Assembly: GCF_001194135.2 (NCBI RefSeq)
Contig: NC_068986.1
Coordinates: forward strand, 98,486,957-98,550,956
From: Octopus bimaculoides
Lineage: Eukaryota
Reading direction: 5' to 3'
DNA length: 64,000 nt
Shown here: positions 1 through 11,639 of the stretch, in pieces
Numbering within the stretch: position 1 is the first letter of the stretch
Layout: the number at the start of each line of letters is the position of its first letter
Position numbers and translations under genes: made by a program
The notes under the pieces: model-generated
Database searches by the model: none
What the model saw: only the letters and a program-made list of their open reading frames with translations
Told to the model about the DNA's origin: nothing

Positions 1-12
1 ATATATATATAT

Positions 13-44
<32 letters not shown>

Positions 45-150
45 GTATATATATATGCGTGTATGTGTGTGTATATATATATATACATATATATGCATGC
101 ATCGATAGATGGAAGTACATGCCAGTGTATGTCAGTGAGTATGTATATGT
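1..150. repeat. Compound (TA)n/(TG)n microsatellite
   Basis: Dinucleotide runs read directly from the sequence. Confidence 0.95.
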
Positions 151-189
151 ACGTGTGTGAGAGTATACCTCTTTTTGACCGTTAGCCTT

Positions 190-1200
190 TAGGTTCAGAC
201 GAAACCTGTCAGAAGTTATTTTTCTATTTTAACATGTGTATTCTGTCTGTGTTTAATTTATCATTCTTCTGTGTATTTTGGTTGGTATTACTGCTGTTAT
301 TAATCGTCTCTTTTTGTGCGAATTCTACAGAATTCAAATGTCCTTTTGAACTAAAGTTTTACTATCTAATTTTGTTTCGTGCTGTTTGTTGTAAAAATAC
401 TAAAGCAATACAATTGTTCCTTGATATAAGGGAACAGACGGAGTGGAGTGTCATGCTTATATGGTTAATATAAAGTTACAACCACAAAGTTTACACCTTT
501 TCCGTTTACAATAGAATTTATAAATCACATTTGTCATTTGCGGCTGATTCACCGATTTACATACTTTTGGTTTGGTACAGAGAAAAACAGTCATAATTTT
601 AGCGTTGTTGTAGTTTATTACAATGTATTTTGTGTTTTATTTCATGGTGTTTTTAATAATAAATTAATGTATTCTATAGTTTGTATTTCACTCGTATAAT
701 ACACTTTATATGTAGCTTATGTATTTTTAATAGCTTTACTGACTGAAGTTTTTGTTCCGTTGTATTTCTTCCCATAGTGTTCTAAGCTTGGTGTATTTGT
801 TTGTTAGAATAACAGTTGTTTAATGTTTGTTTCCTTCTGTGGATTTTTCAGCTAATCTAGTTTGTAGAAGATAATATAATGGTTTTGTTCTTTATGTTAA
901 GATTTTACTACGGACATTTCGTTGTGTAGACTTATCTACATGAAATTTATTCGAATGCGTCATTCGTGTCAATGAATGGCGTATGTATGCATAAACTTTT
1001 TTTTCTGTATGTTTAGGTGTAAATATTACGCTATTGTATTGCGTAGTTCTATTTCTACTCTTCTGGATGGTGAAATATTCGGTCTGAATTATTTTCTAGA
1101 CTTAATTTTAATCACTACGTCTTCCGGTGTACCCACTATGACGAGTATATTGCCCACATTCTTAATGCATATCGTATATTTATGTGTTCATACCACTTCA
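190..1200 (-). mobile_element. Decayed Penelope-like element 3' part (RT C-terminus/thumb to GIY-YIG endonuclease)
   Basis: Manual minus-strand translation with many stops gives NVGNILVIV (degenerate YVDDILV), IELRNTIA*YLHLNI, QMTNVIYKFYC and KRRLITAVI...IN*TQTE. These are PLE motifs in the expected order. Confidence 0.6.
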
Positions 1201-1699
1201 TATTCTATTGTGGACAGGTAGAACAACGCGAACATGAGCTCAAAATGAGAACCAATGGCTACGTCATCTCTTTACTTATATACTACTGATAGTAGCAATT
1301 ATAATACTGCACAATGCTAAAATATATACAGAGACGACGTAGCCTAGACTCAAGCAACAATAAACATCTAACTTCCGATGAATAAAGCTCTTTCGAGTAA
1401 ACACTTCAAGGCCGTGCCCCAGTATATTTACAGTGCGATGAGAGAAACAGTTAACAAATGAACCATTCAAAGAATGTATTTTGACGTATAAAGGTTAAAT
1501 TTCATATTTCAAATTCTGATAATGTCTGCATGAAAGACATTGGCCTTGTCTGTTATGAAACAGCATCAGCGCACATGATGACATTATCTTGAAGAGGTCT
1601 AAAAATGATTTCGATAATACTCAGACGGATGAAATTCATAAGATTAAGACTAAGATTATTATAAGGTTTAGCGTACATTCAGATGTGCCCGCACTCATC

Positions 1700-1968
1700 A
1701 CAACCCCCAAAACAAACACTCAAACATACACACGCGCACACACACACACAGATAGATAGATATATAGATAGATAGATAGATAGATAGATAGATGGATGGA
1801 TGGGTAGATGGAGGGAGGGAGGGACGGACAGACAGTTAGATAGACTTACACTCGGCCTCACACATACATGCACACACACACACACACACNNNNNNNNNNN
1901 NNNNNNNNNNNNNNNNNNNNNNNNNNNNNNNNNNNNNNNNNNNNNNNNNNNNNNNNNNNNNNNNNNNN

Positions 1969-2007
<39 letters not shown>

Positions 2008-2100
2008 GACATAAAAAAGCAAACACACACATATACATAAATACATACATACTTACATACATACACACACACACACGCACACACATATATATATATATAA
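1700..2100. repeat. Compound CA/GATA/GGAT/TA microsatellite with assembly gap
   Basis: Read directly from the sequence. Confidence 0.95.
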
Positions 2101-2207
2101 ATGAGGGGAATAAATAGCACCTACAATTGCTAGATATGAGAGCTAAAATTTAAAGTTAAATTTTAGCTCTCCTTTCTAGGAGTGTAGGTGTTATTTTGCA
2201 CCCCCAT
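2101..2207. mobile_element. About 107-bp hairpin, MITE-like
   Basis: Nested inverted repeats: GAGAGCTAAAATTTA 2138-2152 / TAAATTTTAGCTCTC 2157-2171 (perfect); CTAGA/TCTAG; AAATAGCACCTACA/TGTAGGTGTTATTT (13/14); GGGG/CCCC ends; TA-rich flanks. Confidence 0.5.
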
Positions 2208-3200
2208 ATATTAATTTTCGTTTTTAGTTTTAATTGATATAGCCAACTTATATTATAATTTATCTAATATATCTTAATATTTTAGTTATGTGATACATAT
2301 GACTCTACCTACTAGCCTGGAACGAAGTATGAGCTATATGTTTTTTTTAATATTTAATGTAATATATTTGCCAAATATTTCACTCTTTATTTGTTTCCAG
2401 ATGTTTACATTCTATTTTAACATGCTCTCATACTGTACATTCAATTTAAATTTAATTAGTGTGGGCTAATGAAATTAAATAAGAGACAATCATATTGATT
2501 ATTTGATTCGATTTAATAGAAAAAATAATAAATATTTTGCCAGTATCGTCTCCTTAACAAAGAATTTCAACAAGCAATTAAAAAATTCTCTCGAGCCTAA
2601 AAAGATAGAAATCACGACGGAATGTCTGTGAAAACCTCCAGTATGCCACCCCCATGGTACTGACATAGCTGTGAATGTTAACTTCTATATCTTATAAAAG
2701 AAAAAAGTAGGATGGCCAGAACCTAAATTTGCATCACACTGTCGGCAAAATGTGGACTGGTATATAGGGATTGTTCATAGATATCGCAGCTATGTATATA
2801 TGTCTTTTACCCCACACACTCACATACATACACTGGCAGATCAGTTCACAACCCATGCAGGGTTTTTTACACCTCTCTAACCTTGTAGTTCAGCAAAGAA
2901 ATCCAACAGATTAAGAACCAGTCTTGACATAAGTACTACGGTAGAATCATTTGGTACAAAACTTTCAAACCGATGTCACAACACACTCGAGGTGCAACGT
3001 GTAAAACAATTTTAAAAAATGATTTGCTAACGATGCTGCACAGTTCAGCTCCACAACTACTCGCACACACACTATCTACCTCTCTTTCTCTCTTTCTCTC
3101 TCTCACACTCTCGCTCTTGCTCTCTATCAATCTATCTATCTACCTCTATCTCTATATCTATCTATCTCCTTCTTACCATGTGTATATATGTATATATATA

Positions 3201-3567
3201 CCGGAGTAAGCACATGAAATGTGCAACAAGGTGGAAAAAAGAGTACTCAAATACCAGAGGTAGAGTAATATGCTTTATTTAAAAGCAGCAGAAATATAAC
3301 AAAAAAACCGTTACTCTGAGTTTCACGTTCCCGTTCATCGGACAGTTTTGTTAGAAATGGAGAAAGGATAACAATGCAATCGAAAGTAATATAAAATTTA
3401 AAACACATGGATTCGTTTGATTGGTTGTTTCAAATAAGGGCCATGGATTAGTCGTTTCAATTAACGGTCAATGATGCGTAATTCACAGACCAAATAAATT
3501 TAATACAGATTCACCCTATTAAAAAAATATCGAAGAAAACCTTAAATAGAAAAATGGGCTCCAAATA
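3201..3567 (-). mobile_element. PLE pLTR-like interspersed repeat carrying a hammerhead motif, running into a gap
   Basis: Contains the hammerhead at 3304-3349 followed on the minus strand by AATAAA. A minimal hammerhead plus polyA signal is typical of Penelope pLTRs. Confidence 0.55.
3304..3349 (-). ncRNA. Minimal type I hammerhead ribozyme (C3-C4 core variant)
   Basis: Minus strand: AAAACUGU CCGAUGA ACG-GGAA-CGU GAAA CUC-A-GAG UA / ACGGUUUU. 8-bp stem I (one GU), 3-bp stem II, near-palindromic stem III, GUA triplet; predicted cut between 3312 and 3311. Confidence 0.75.
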
Positions 3568-4972
3568 NNNNNNNNNNNNNNNNNNNNNNNNNNNNNNNNN
3601 NNNNNNNNNNNNNNNNNNNNNNNNNNNNNNNNNNNNNNNNNNNNNNNNNNNNNNNNNNNNNNNNNNNNNNNNNNNNNNNNNNNNNNNNNNNNNNNNNNNN
3701 NNNNNNNNNNNNNNNNNNNNNNNNNNNNNNNNNNNNNNNNNNNNNNNNNNNNNNNNNNNNNNNNNNNNNNNNNNNNNNNNNNNNNNNNNNNNNNNNNNNN
3801 NNNNNNNNNNNNNNNNNNNNNNNNNNNNNNNNNNNNNNNNNNNNNNNNNNNNNNNNNNNNNNNNNNNNNNNNNNNNNNNNNNNNNNNNNNNNNNNNNNNN
3901 NNNNNNNNNNNNNNNNNNNNNNNNNNNNNNNNNNNNNNNNNNNNNNNNNNNNNNNNNNNNNNNNNNNNNNNNNNNNNNNNNNNNNNNNNNNNNNNNNNNN
4001 NNNNNNNNNNNNNNNNNNNNNNNNNNNNNNNNNNNNNNNNNNNNNNNNNNNNNNNNNNNNNNNNNNNNNNNNNNNNNNNNNNNNNNNNNNNNNNNNNNNN
4101 NNNNNNNNNNNNNNNATATACGGGTGAGTGGACAAACAAAAGGGAAGGGCGCTTAACACATTTATTGTGAGTAACATGTATTATTCAAAACAGTTTGGTT
4201 CAGATTCCGTGCTACTTCGAGTTTCGCGGGGTTTGGCTATTCTACAGGCTTGAGAAGCATCTATTGAAAAGGGTTTATTATTATTGTTATTTTTTTTTTG
4301 GGGGGGGGGTTGAAAAAACTTCTAAATGTATTTGACAGCGTAATGTTTACATCCTCTCTATGTGATCTAAATATGAACTATGAACTAAATCTTTAATAAA
4401 TATTTTCAATGGTTCTGTTTAGGAAATTTTGTTTACATCACAATCCAACTTTAGCAATGTCTGATTTTTATTCTCGTTCAAATGTAATAACGTGATATAA
4501 CCACAGTAGGTAAGTATGTATATGTATCAATATATGCAGAAGTAATATCGTCATAATAAAATCAGATTCGCGAAAATTATGCTTTTATACATACATACAT
4601 ACATGCATACATACATACATACATACAATTCCGCGAAAGTAAGAGGTTGTGAATCCAACCAACTAAGGGATAGTGCCTATCTAATATACTGCTGGTAGAG
4701 TACCCAATTATTAATAATACTCAAGTGTTGGTTATTACATGGCAATTTCACAATCGAGTGTAATAAATGGGAGGGGGTAAAAATTGGTTTACCTGTAGTT
4801 TATACGGCGAAAAGGAAATGGAGGGGGTACAGAAATGACATATATCAACTGTTAGATATTCTATTATGTCTATTTATTCATTCTAAAATATTTGTAAGAA
4901 TTCATACATATGCAAAGACTATGTGTTACAGGCATATGTACCAGTAATACATGAAACAGTAAAAGAACAGTT

Positions 4973-5095
4973 CCTTACGGCGGTTTCTGCTAAGAGGCCA
5001 CTATACCCTCCATGTTATTTCCATCTCTTCAGTGTTCTGTAGAGAACAGTAGATAGAATTTGGGTATTGCGTGTACCTCAAGGCTTCATCAGAGG
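4973..5095 (-). ncRNA. Degenerate hammerhead-like motif with long stem II insert
   Basis: Minus strand: CCU CUGAUGA A GCCUUGAGG ...~80 nt... CCUCUUAGC A GAAA C-CGCC-G UA AGG. Stem II pairs only 6/9. Confidence 0.35.
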
Positions 5096-5130
5096 GTGAA
5101 AAAGAGGGTCTCAAAGGTTAAGAGGGCCAA

Positions 5131-5178
<48 letters not shown>

Positions 5179-5416
5179 NNNNNNNNNNNNNNNNNNNNNN
5201 NNNNNNNNNNNNNNNNNNNNNNNNNNNNNNNNNNNNNNNNNNNNNNNNNNNNNNNNNNNNNNNNNNNNNNNNNNNNNNNNNNNNNNNNNNNNNNNNNNNN
5301 NNNNNNNNNNNNNNNNNNNNNNNNNNNNNNNNNNNNNNNNNNNNNNNNNNNNNNNNNNNNNNNNNNNNNNNNNNNNNNNNNNNNNNNNNNNNNNNNNNNN
5401 NNNNNNNNNNNNNNNN

Positions 5417-5720
5417 GGGGGGGGGGGACACAAACACAGACACACAAACATATACACACACAAACATATATATATACATATATACGACGGGCTTCTTTCA
5501 GTTTCCGTATACGAAATCCTCTCACAAGGCTTTGGTGGGCCCGACGCTATAGTAGAAGACACTTGCCCAAAGTGCTACGCAGTAGAACTGAACCCGGAAC
5601 CATGTGGTTCCTAAGCAAGCTACTTAACACACAGCCTCTCCTACGCCTGTCTCGTTATTAACACACAGCCACTCCTACGCCTGTCTCGTTATTAACACAC
5701 AGCCACTCCTACGCCTGTCT
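5417..5720 (-). mobile_element. tRNA-derived SINE (internal-microsatellite family) with triplicated 5' head
   Basis: Minus-strand head GGAG(T)GGCTGTGT..TAAGTAGCTTGCT (A-box-like), GGGTTCAGTTC (B-box-like) and core TTGGGCAAGTGTCTTC. Clearly homologous to 36925-37355 and 23062-23212. Confidence 0.8.
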
Positions 5721-7084
5721 TCTGATAAATCATGCTTAGTCTTATTCATAATTCGAAAATTTTTCGATAAAAAGTTGTTTTTTAGCATGATAAGACCGTA
5801 GTTAGTAATATCTGCTGGTTTGTTTATTCATGTAGCTGTCAGATCTAATTATTTTTATATTGACAACGTGATGTCTAAATTACCCTACAAAATTTTCCTT
5901 AAATTCCCTACTTTAAATACTTAGTTTTTCCAAGTAATTTTAATATGGAATTAACTGATCATTTATATATAATAATGTTCTATTTTTATAAGTGTAGCAA
6001 ATTATGCAAGGTTTATGATAGAAATACTGTAATTTGAAATTCTGCTTTGATCCAATGCTCTTTTGCTAATGTGTTTGTGCTAACATCATTATGTGCAGCC
6101 TAAATTCTATTCATGTATTCGTTTTATGTGAAAATTTAAATTAGAAGCCTGAGAGTATGTTTGTCGTAGCTCTAATTAGTTCTTCAGTTTTGAAATAGAA
6201 ACAAGATTGTTAAAATTCAAAATATTTTTATGCTTCTCGGTTCGTTTATCCATCAGTCTATATATCTTTTGTCATATTTCTTAATATTGTTAGTCGTTCT
6301 CCTTTGTATATATCGCATCTATATCTGCAAAAGAAATTGTCACCTACTTCTTCTAAACAAAAGCAGGATATTATGATGTTTACAGAAAAGAAAATTGTAA
6401 TTCTATGTATTGTTTTTCTTTGCAGAAGTCTGTGGGTGCTTTTACGAAATAGCATCCACATTCTTAAATCAAGCCAGTGTAAAATGATATACAAATAGAT
6501 GGGGTGTAAGCCTTTGATTATAGATCCGTTCAATTAGGGCTAATGTGGAAGCGTAACAGCTATAAGACCAACACATGCAAAAAAAAGTAAGCGAAACGCT
6601 ATGTCGTGCCTCGTCCCGTTAAGAAATCGCGGCAATTTGCCATCAAGCTATATCTGTATCGTCTTCAAGGAAAGATATGCTTGTTAATGTAGATTTAGGT
6701 ATAGACACAGATATTTACAGATGAAATGCTCCTCTTCGTCAGAGATGATCCATCCGAACTCCGAGTATGGACTGGGCATATTATTCCCTCCTTCAGTTTA
6801 TTTGGCAGCTTGTCATTCGCAAGAAAAACTCAGGAAGAGCATCTGTATTGGTTTTGTCAGGGCACGTTTCACGATTTAAAGCAGGATTACTGGAAAAATA
6901 TCTTGGTCAACAGCTGAGTTTGTGTCTACCACATCTATGGCTAGTACTATATCCTCTTCCCCAATCTCGATGTAATCTGTCGTAACTGCCACCTTGGTTG
7001 TAGGTAAGGTGGCAAAGAAATTCACTCGTTCGTTTACTCGTCTGTGTTCCAACGCATGTGTATATATATATACATGCATATATA

Positions 7085-7890
7085 CTCAGTTTATTTTTAA
7101 CCAAATTAGATGATGCTTACATTTTCTGATTGTTCACACCATAAGCTACATTTTCAGCTACAAAATTTGAAAATTGGTTCGTTAGAAAAAAAATTTCAGA
7201 AAGATACGTGAGGTCAAAAACAGGAGAGTAGCCCCTGAAATCGACTTTGAATCCAAATATTCTTTTTAATGAAATCTATATTTTAATTTAGGTTATATGA
7301 TAGATCCCGGCGGGAGAAATTTGTCCATGTTACTTATTTGCAAAAATAGTCAGTAGAAAAAAGTACTGAGGTAAAAACCGGCAAAAAAAAGGAGATTAAC
7401 GCTTGAAATCTACCTTGACTCCAAATATCATTCTTATTTCAAAAGAGAACTATATTTAAATTCAACTTTTCTGATAAATGTCCACTTGAAGGATCCGAGG
7501 GCACCAATTATATACATATTTTTTTTTTAACTACTGGGGCTAAATGTGCCGAAATCAGTGGTTACGCCTGAAATCAAATTCAAATTCAATTTTTTTTTTA
7601 CCTCTTATGATAGAAATCATCAAGACGAGTGTTGTGGTGATATTCTTTACAAAAAATATCATTCACACATGGTAGTCAACATTTACTCACTCACGACCAC
7701 TTCTAGGCTTTGTCACTAACTCAGTTCTAAACCAAATTAGATTGGTCACGTCATAAGCTACGTTTCGAGCTAAAGAATCTGAAAATTGGTTCCATAGGAA
7801 AAAAGTTTGAGTCAAATATGTGAGGTCACAAACGGGAGAATGACGCCTGAAATCGACTTTGAGTCCAAATATTATTATTCTTTCAAAAGA
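7085..7890. repeat. Degenerate tandem/direct repeat region
   Basis: 7085-7260 is similar to 7720-7875. The motif GCCTGAAATCGACTTTGA(G/A)TCCAAATAT recurs near 7232, 7400, 7565 and 7845. Confidence 0.55.
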
Positions 7891-7989
7891 AAACTACATT
7901 AGTACATCAGTTTTCGAACAACTCTGATCACGAACAAATTGTGTTATTAGGGTAATTATCTTTAAAAATCCTAGGCTTATTTTTATTAC

Positions 7990-8450
7990 GTATAAAAGGA
8001 TGTAAAGAACAGTTATCTCCCTTACGTTGCCAAATTATATTTTTCGATATATTGTTATTCGAACTAAAATTTATATTGCTATTACCGTTATGATGTGTTT
8101 TCATGTCCTGATTAATATAGGCAGAATTAATATCAATAGGTTTAACATAGGTAATTTGTCTTTATAGCCTGCTTTAAGTAAGACAGAGTTATAAATTCGG
8201 CTTTATCGTTAAAGATATCAACATTAGCAGATAATCTAAAAAGTTTAAGTGAAATATCTTTCACTAAGTGCCTTGTAATAGTCTTCGGATGATTACTGAA
8301 AGAGCTAATATTAAATTAGTTGAGAGTTTATGGTATGGGAAATATAAATCATTATATAAGTTAAGAGCAATATCCAAAAAGTTGGCTTTAGTTATATCAT
8401 CATCGAAAATAATGTTTAAGCCCATGTTTCGGAAAAATTAAACAACCTTC
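7990..8450 (-). pseudogene. PLE RT C-terminal/thumb segment, the minus-strand half of an inverted element
   Basis: Minus translation FFRNMGLNIIFDDDITKANFLDIALNLYNDLYFPYHK...NISSFSNHPKTITRHLVKDISLKLFRLSANVDIFNDKAEF..YNSVLLKAGYKDKL matches PLE RT motif 6/7 and the thumb. Confidence 0.75.
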
Positions 8451-9425
8451 TAACGATCTAACTTCTGAATTCAACAAATTGTTTAAATCTAAAATCAATA
8501 CTCCACCTAACCCAAAAATGAAACAGTTTGAAGACGATCTCCGGTCTATCGTGAGGAATGTGAAATCCCATCTTTCACCCTTAAGGAATAAACGTCTTAG
8601 GTATCTTCACAATATCATCAAAGAAATTCACAACACTGATGGCATACTGGTTCAATTTGATAAAACAGGAAACATATACAGACTTACCAAGGATTACAAC
8701 CTAGAATTGCTCAGAAAAGAAATACAAAAGAATTATAGGATTACTGGTAAAATGGCTATCAGGAAAGTAAACCTTGAGACTAAGAAAATTATGGATAAAT
8801 ATGACTTACAGATGCAGACAACTTCTTAATCCCAAACAACCTTGTTTTATTTCAAAAGACCACAAACCAAATTTTTTTAATAATCGAACCTTACGACTTA
8901 TTTGTCCTTCTTGCTCTGGTGTCGGTGTACTTAGCAGAAATATTCTTGATAAATATATTCCTCCTTTAGTTAAAAAATGAAAGCTTAAGTTATGCTCTCA
9001 TTCGTTCCAAGTGGTCGACTGGTTCAATTCTATTAATAACAAGAAGTACACTAAGTTTATCCAGCTCGACATTTCTAGTTGCTATTCCTCTATTAAACCA
9101 ATTGTACTTAACAAATCAATCTGGTTTGCAAACAATAAAGCTGGTCTCACCCGGGATGAAATTAATGTGGTGCTAGCTGCCAGAAAATCAATCATTAAAT
9201 TCGAAAATAAGCTATGGGTCCGTAAAGATACGCTTGACAGTTTTGATGTCACGATGGGAAGTTCTGACTCAGCATAACTGACTGATTTGGTCGGTATATA
9301 TATGAAATGGCTGACCAATTACCAAATATCAATAGAAGTTTCTATCGTGATGATTGTCTACTCTACCTTCAAAATATTTCTAACCAAACATTACAAAGGG
9401 TTATAAATAGGTTGATTAAATTTTG
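8451..9425 (+). pseudogene. PLE reverse transcriptase N-terminal/core, Naiad-like, decayed
   Basis: ORFs 8479-8829, 8774-8980, 9011-9277 and 9307-9492: QFDKTGNIY, ISKDHKPNFFNNRTLRLICP, FIQLDISSCYSSI, FDVTMGSSDSA, FYRDDCL. The KDHK.NF and FDVTMG motifs are, from memory, those of the Naiad-type PLE RT. Confidence 0.85.
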
Positions 9426-9487
9426 GTTAGTTATGAGAAGAATCTTAAATAGGTTGATTAAATTTTGTTTGGTTATAAGAAGAATCT
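9404..9487. repeat. 42-bp imperfect tandem duplication at the PLE inversion breakpoint
   Basis: TAAATAGGTTGATTAAATTTTG(GT/TT)T(A/G)GTTAT(G/A)AGAAGAATCT at 9404-9445 and 9446-9487. Confidence 0.9.
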
Positions 9488-9864
9488 ATTAGAGTAGATG
9501 CAAGCGCTAATATATGATTTATAAAAGACATGTGACATATTAATAAAAATCTGTAAATGTACAACCATCCAGATCTCTGGGTACCTTATTATTTTTCTAA
9601 TATATATATATACATATATATGATGATTTCTTCATCTTGGGAGATGATAACCATCCCATCCACACACACACCACACCCCATCACACAGTATAATCACTCC
9701 GTTGATGAGCCCTTAGATGAGATTTAAGACAAGCTGCTGACTGACAGGTTCTAAAACACAAGTGACACATATTGCATTTTTATTTATTAATACAATATTG
9801 TTTATATCACGGACGTATCTGTACTGTGATTTTTCTGATATAATTTTTCCTACTTGTACTCTCT

Positions 9865-9925
<61 letters not shown>

Positions 9926-10471
9926 NNNNNNNNNNNNNNNNNNNNNNNNNNNNNNNNNNNNNNNNNNNTGTGTGTGTGTGTGTGTGTGTGTCTATAAGCA
10001 ATTCTATGTATATATTGATACACATGTATATGTGTGTGCGCGTGCGCGTTTCAGAAGTAATATATGGAAAGATAAAAATCAAGTCAAATCATTTTACTTG
10101 ACTTTACTTCTGTCCACCATAAATATTGGAATCGTAAAATCACTAGAAACCCGTTAAAAGCACATAAAATCATGTTACTGTACAATAAATAATAAGAATA
10201 AAAGCATAGAAAATCGTATTAAAATACGTACAGTAAATGTTAAAATACACACCATAAAGTAGTGTAGCTTATGAACAAAATCATGAAATTAGCTGTGTTG
10301 TCTTATTTATCGGTCTTTTGGTGCTCGTAATGCACTGTAATCCCAATATCTGCCGTTAGGCGTCGTTGTCATTCGTGATTCCCGCGATTGTTTTGAATTC
10401 AGATTTGTTTATACCTGTTTACCGGCTACTTTCTCATTTTCATTCATTTGTGACTTTGTTTTTTTACCACC

Positions 10472-10893
10472 ATGGCTCCTAAGAAAATTCATAGAGAATC
10501 TGCAAAGCGTCATGGAAGATAAACTGGCTATGATGAAACGCCATGAAAAAGGTAACAAAAAGTGGTAGCAATTGCATGATCTTTTGGGATCAGTCGGACA
10601 ATTGTATCAATGATTGTACATAATAAGGACAAGATTTTAGCACATATCAAATCTGAAGCTCAGGGATGAATAACACTGTCATCAATAAGAAAAAAATATA
10701 TTTGTTTGTAAGCTTAAACTAGGTTTTAATTTACCATGTATTATTGAAAATGCATTCATAAATAAAGTACAGAACTGTGAAGTAAATCCAGCCTAGCCTA
10801 TCCTGGAGACAAGTGAATTCGACTTAAGTCGTTTTTTGACTTAAGTCGTGTCTTTTGAAACCAATTAACAACGTAGGGTGAGGTATTCCTTTA
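10472..10893 (+). mobile_element. Internally deleted Tigger/pogo-like DNA transposon: CENP-B-type HTH fragment plus 3' terminal region
   Basis: Frameshifted MAPKKIH...MEDKLAMMKRHEKG...AIA*SFGISRTIVSMIVHNKDKILAHIKS. Two (C)GACTTAAGTCG palindromes near 10830-10860 and a degenerate terminal motif near 10875-10893. Confidence 0.65.
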
Positions 10894-11639
10894 CTTCGTA
10901 TCCGTCATATTTTATTTAATAACTGCATATGGGTTTGTATGTGACCCACTCTTAAAGTTTTTATCATGCACCGTATGGAGGTATATATGTTAGTTTATGC
11001 AATTCATTCCTCATTTTACTCATAACTTTACGGTTGCTAGGTGTACAAGTTGCTTTGTTGATGGAGAACGTAAAAACCTATCAATATCGATATAATGCAA
11101 ATTTAGAGAGTCTAAAAAGATACTAGGATGTTGTAATATTGTGTAAAAAATGTATTAATATTTGAGATAGGAAAAGATAATGCAATGGGGCTTCGAATGG
11201 TGTCAATATTTTGCTAGAAATATTCCATAGAAAAATAAAAGGATGACTGGATTTCCATTAAGGTATCTTTACAATGTATTGGAAAGAATTTTGTGCTACA
11301 TGATAAAACACGTAACACATTCGTTGGTTGAAGCACCAAGCAGAAAAATTCATTTTATTCAACACTTAATACAACACTTTAGCTTACTCTAACTTGTGTA
11401 GTAACGATGTTTTTATAACATATTTGCAACAAAACGTCACGATTTTCATTTACAGGACGGACTATTAGTGTGAATGTGAAACTCAAGTATTGCTCACTTG
11501 TCATTATATGTATGAGAGGTGTACTACATGCTGAAAAGTTTGTAAAGATATTTATTAAAGAATATAAATTGAGAAAGCTGTAGTTTGTCGCTATTGTATG
11601 GTATAATGGCTGCAATTATTTGACGCCTGCTTGATATTT

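Noticed and set aside
170-235. TTTGAC...GACGAAACCTGTC as a hammerhead
   Set aside because: No CUGANGA, stem II does not pair, and it is antisense to the adjacent PLE ORF.
4200-4265. Minus-strand CTGTAGA...GAAACTCGAAGTA as a hammerhead
   Set aside because: The core has A6 changed, stem II cannot form, and stem I is only 2 bp.
5624-5720. 34-bp repeats as a CRISPR array
   Set aside because: Contiguous tandem copies without spacers, part of a SINE, eukaryotic context, no cas genes.
6700-6920. IFTDE and YWKNIL peptides as a Tc1 transposase
   Set aside because: The motifs are in the wrong order for Tc1 and too short to be significant.
8978-8980. In-frame TGA in the Naiad-like RT as selenocysteine
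   Set aside because: Some Naiads use Sec, but this copy also has TAA stops and frameshifts, the position is not an evident Cys site, and no SECIS was found.
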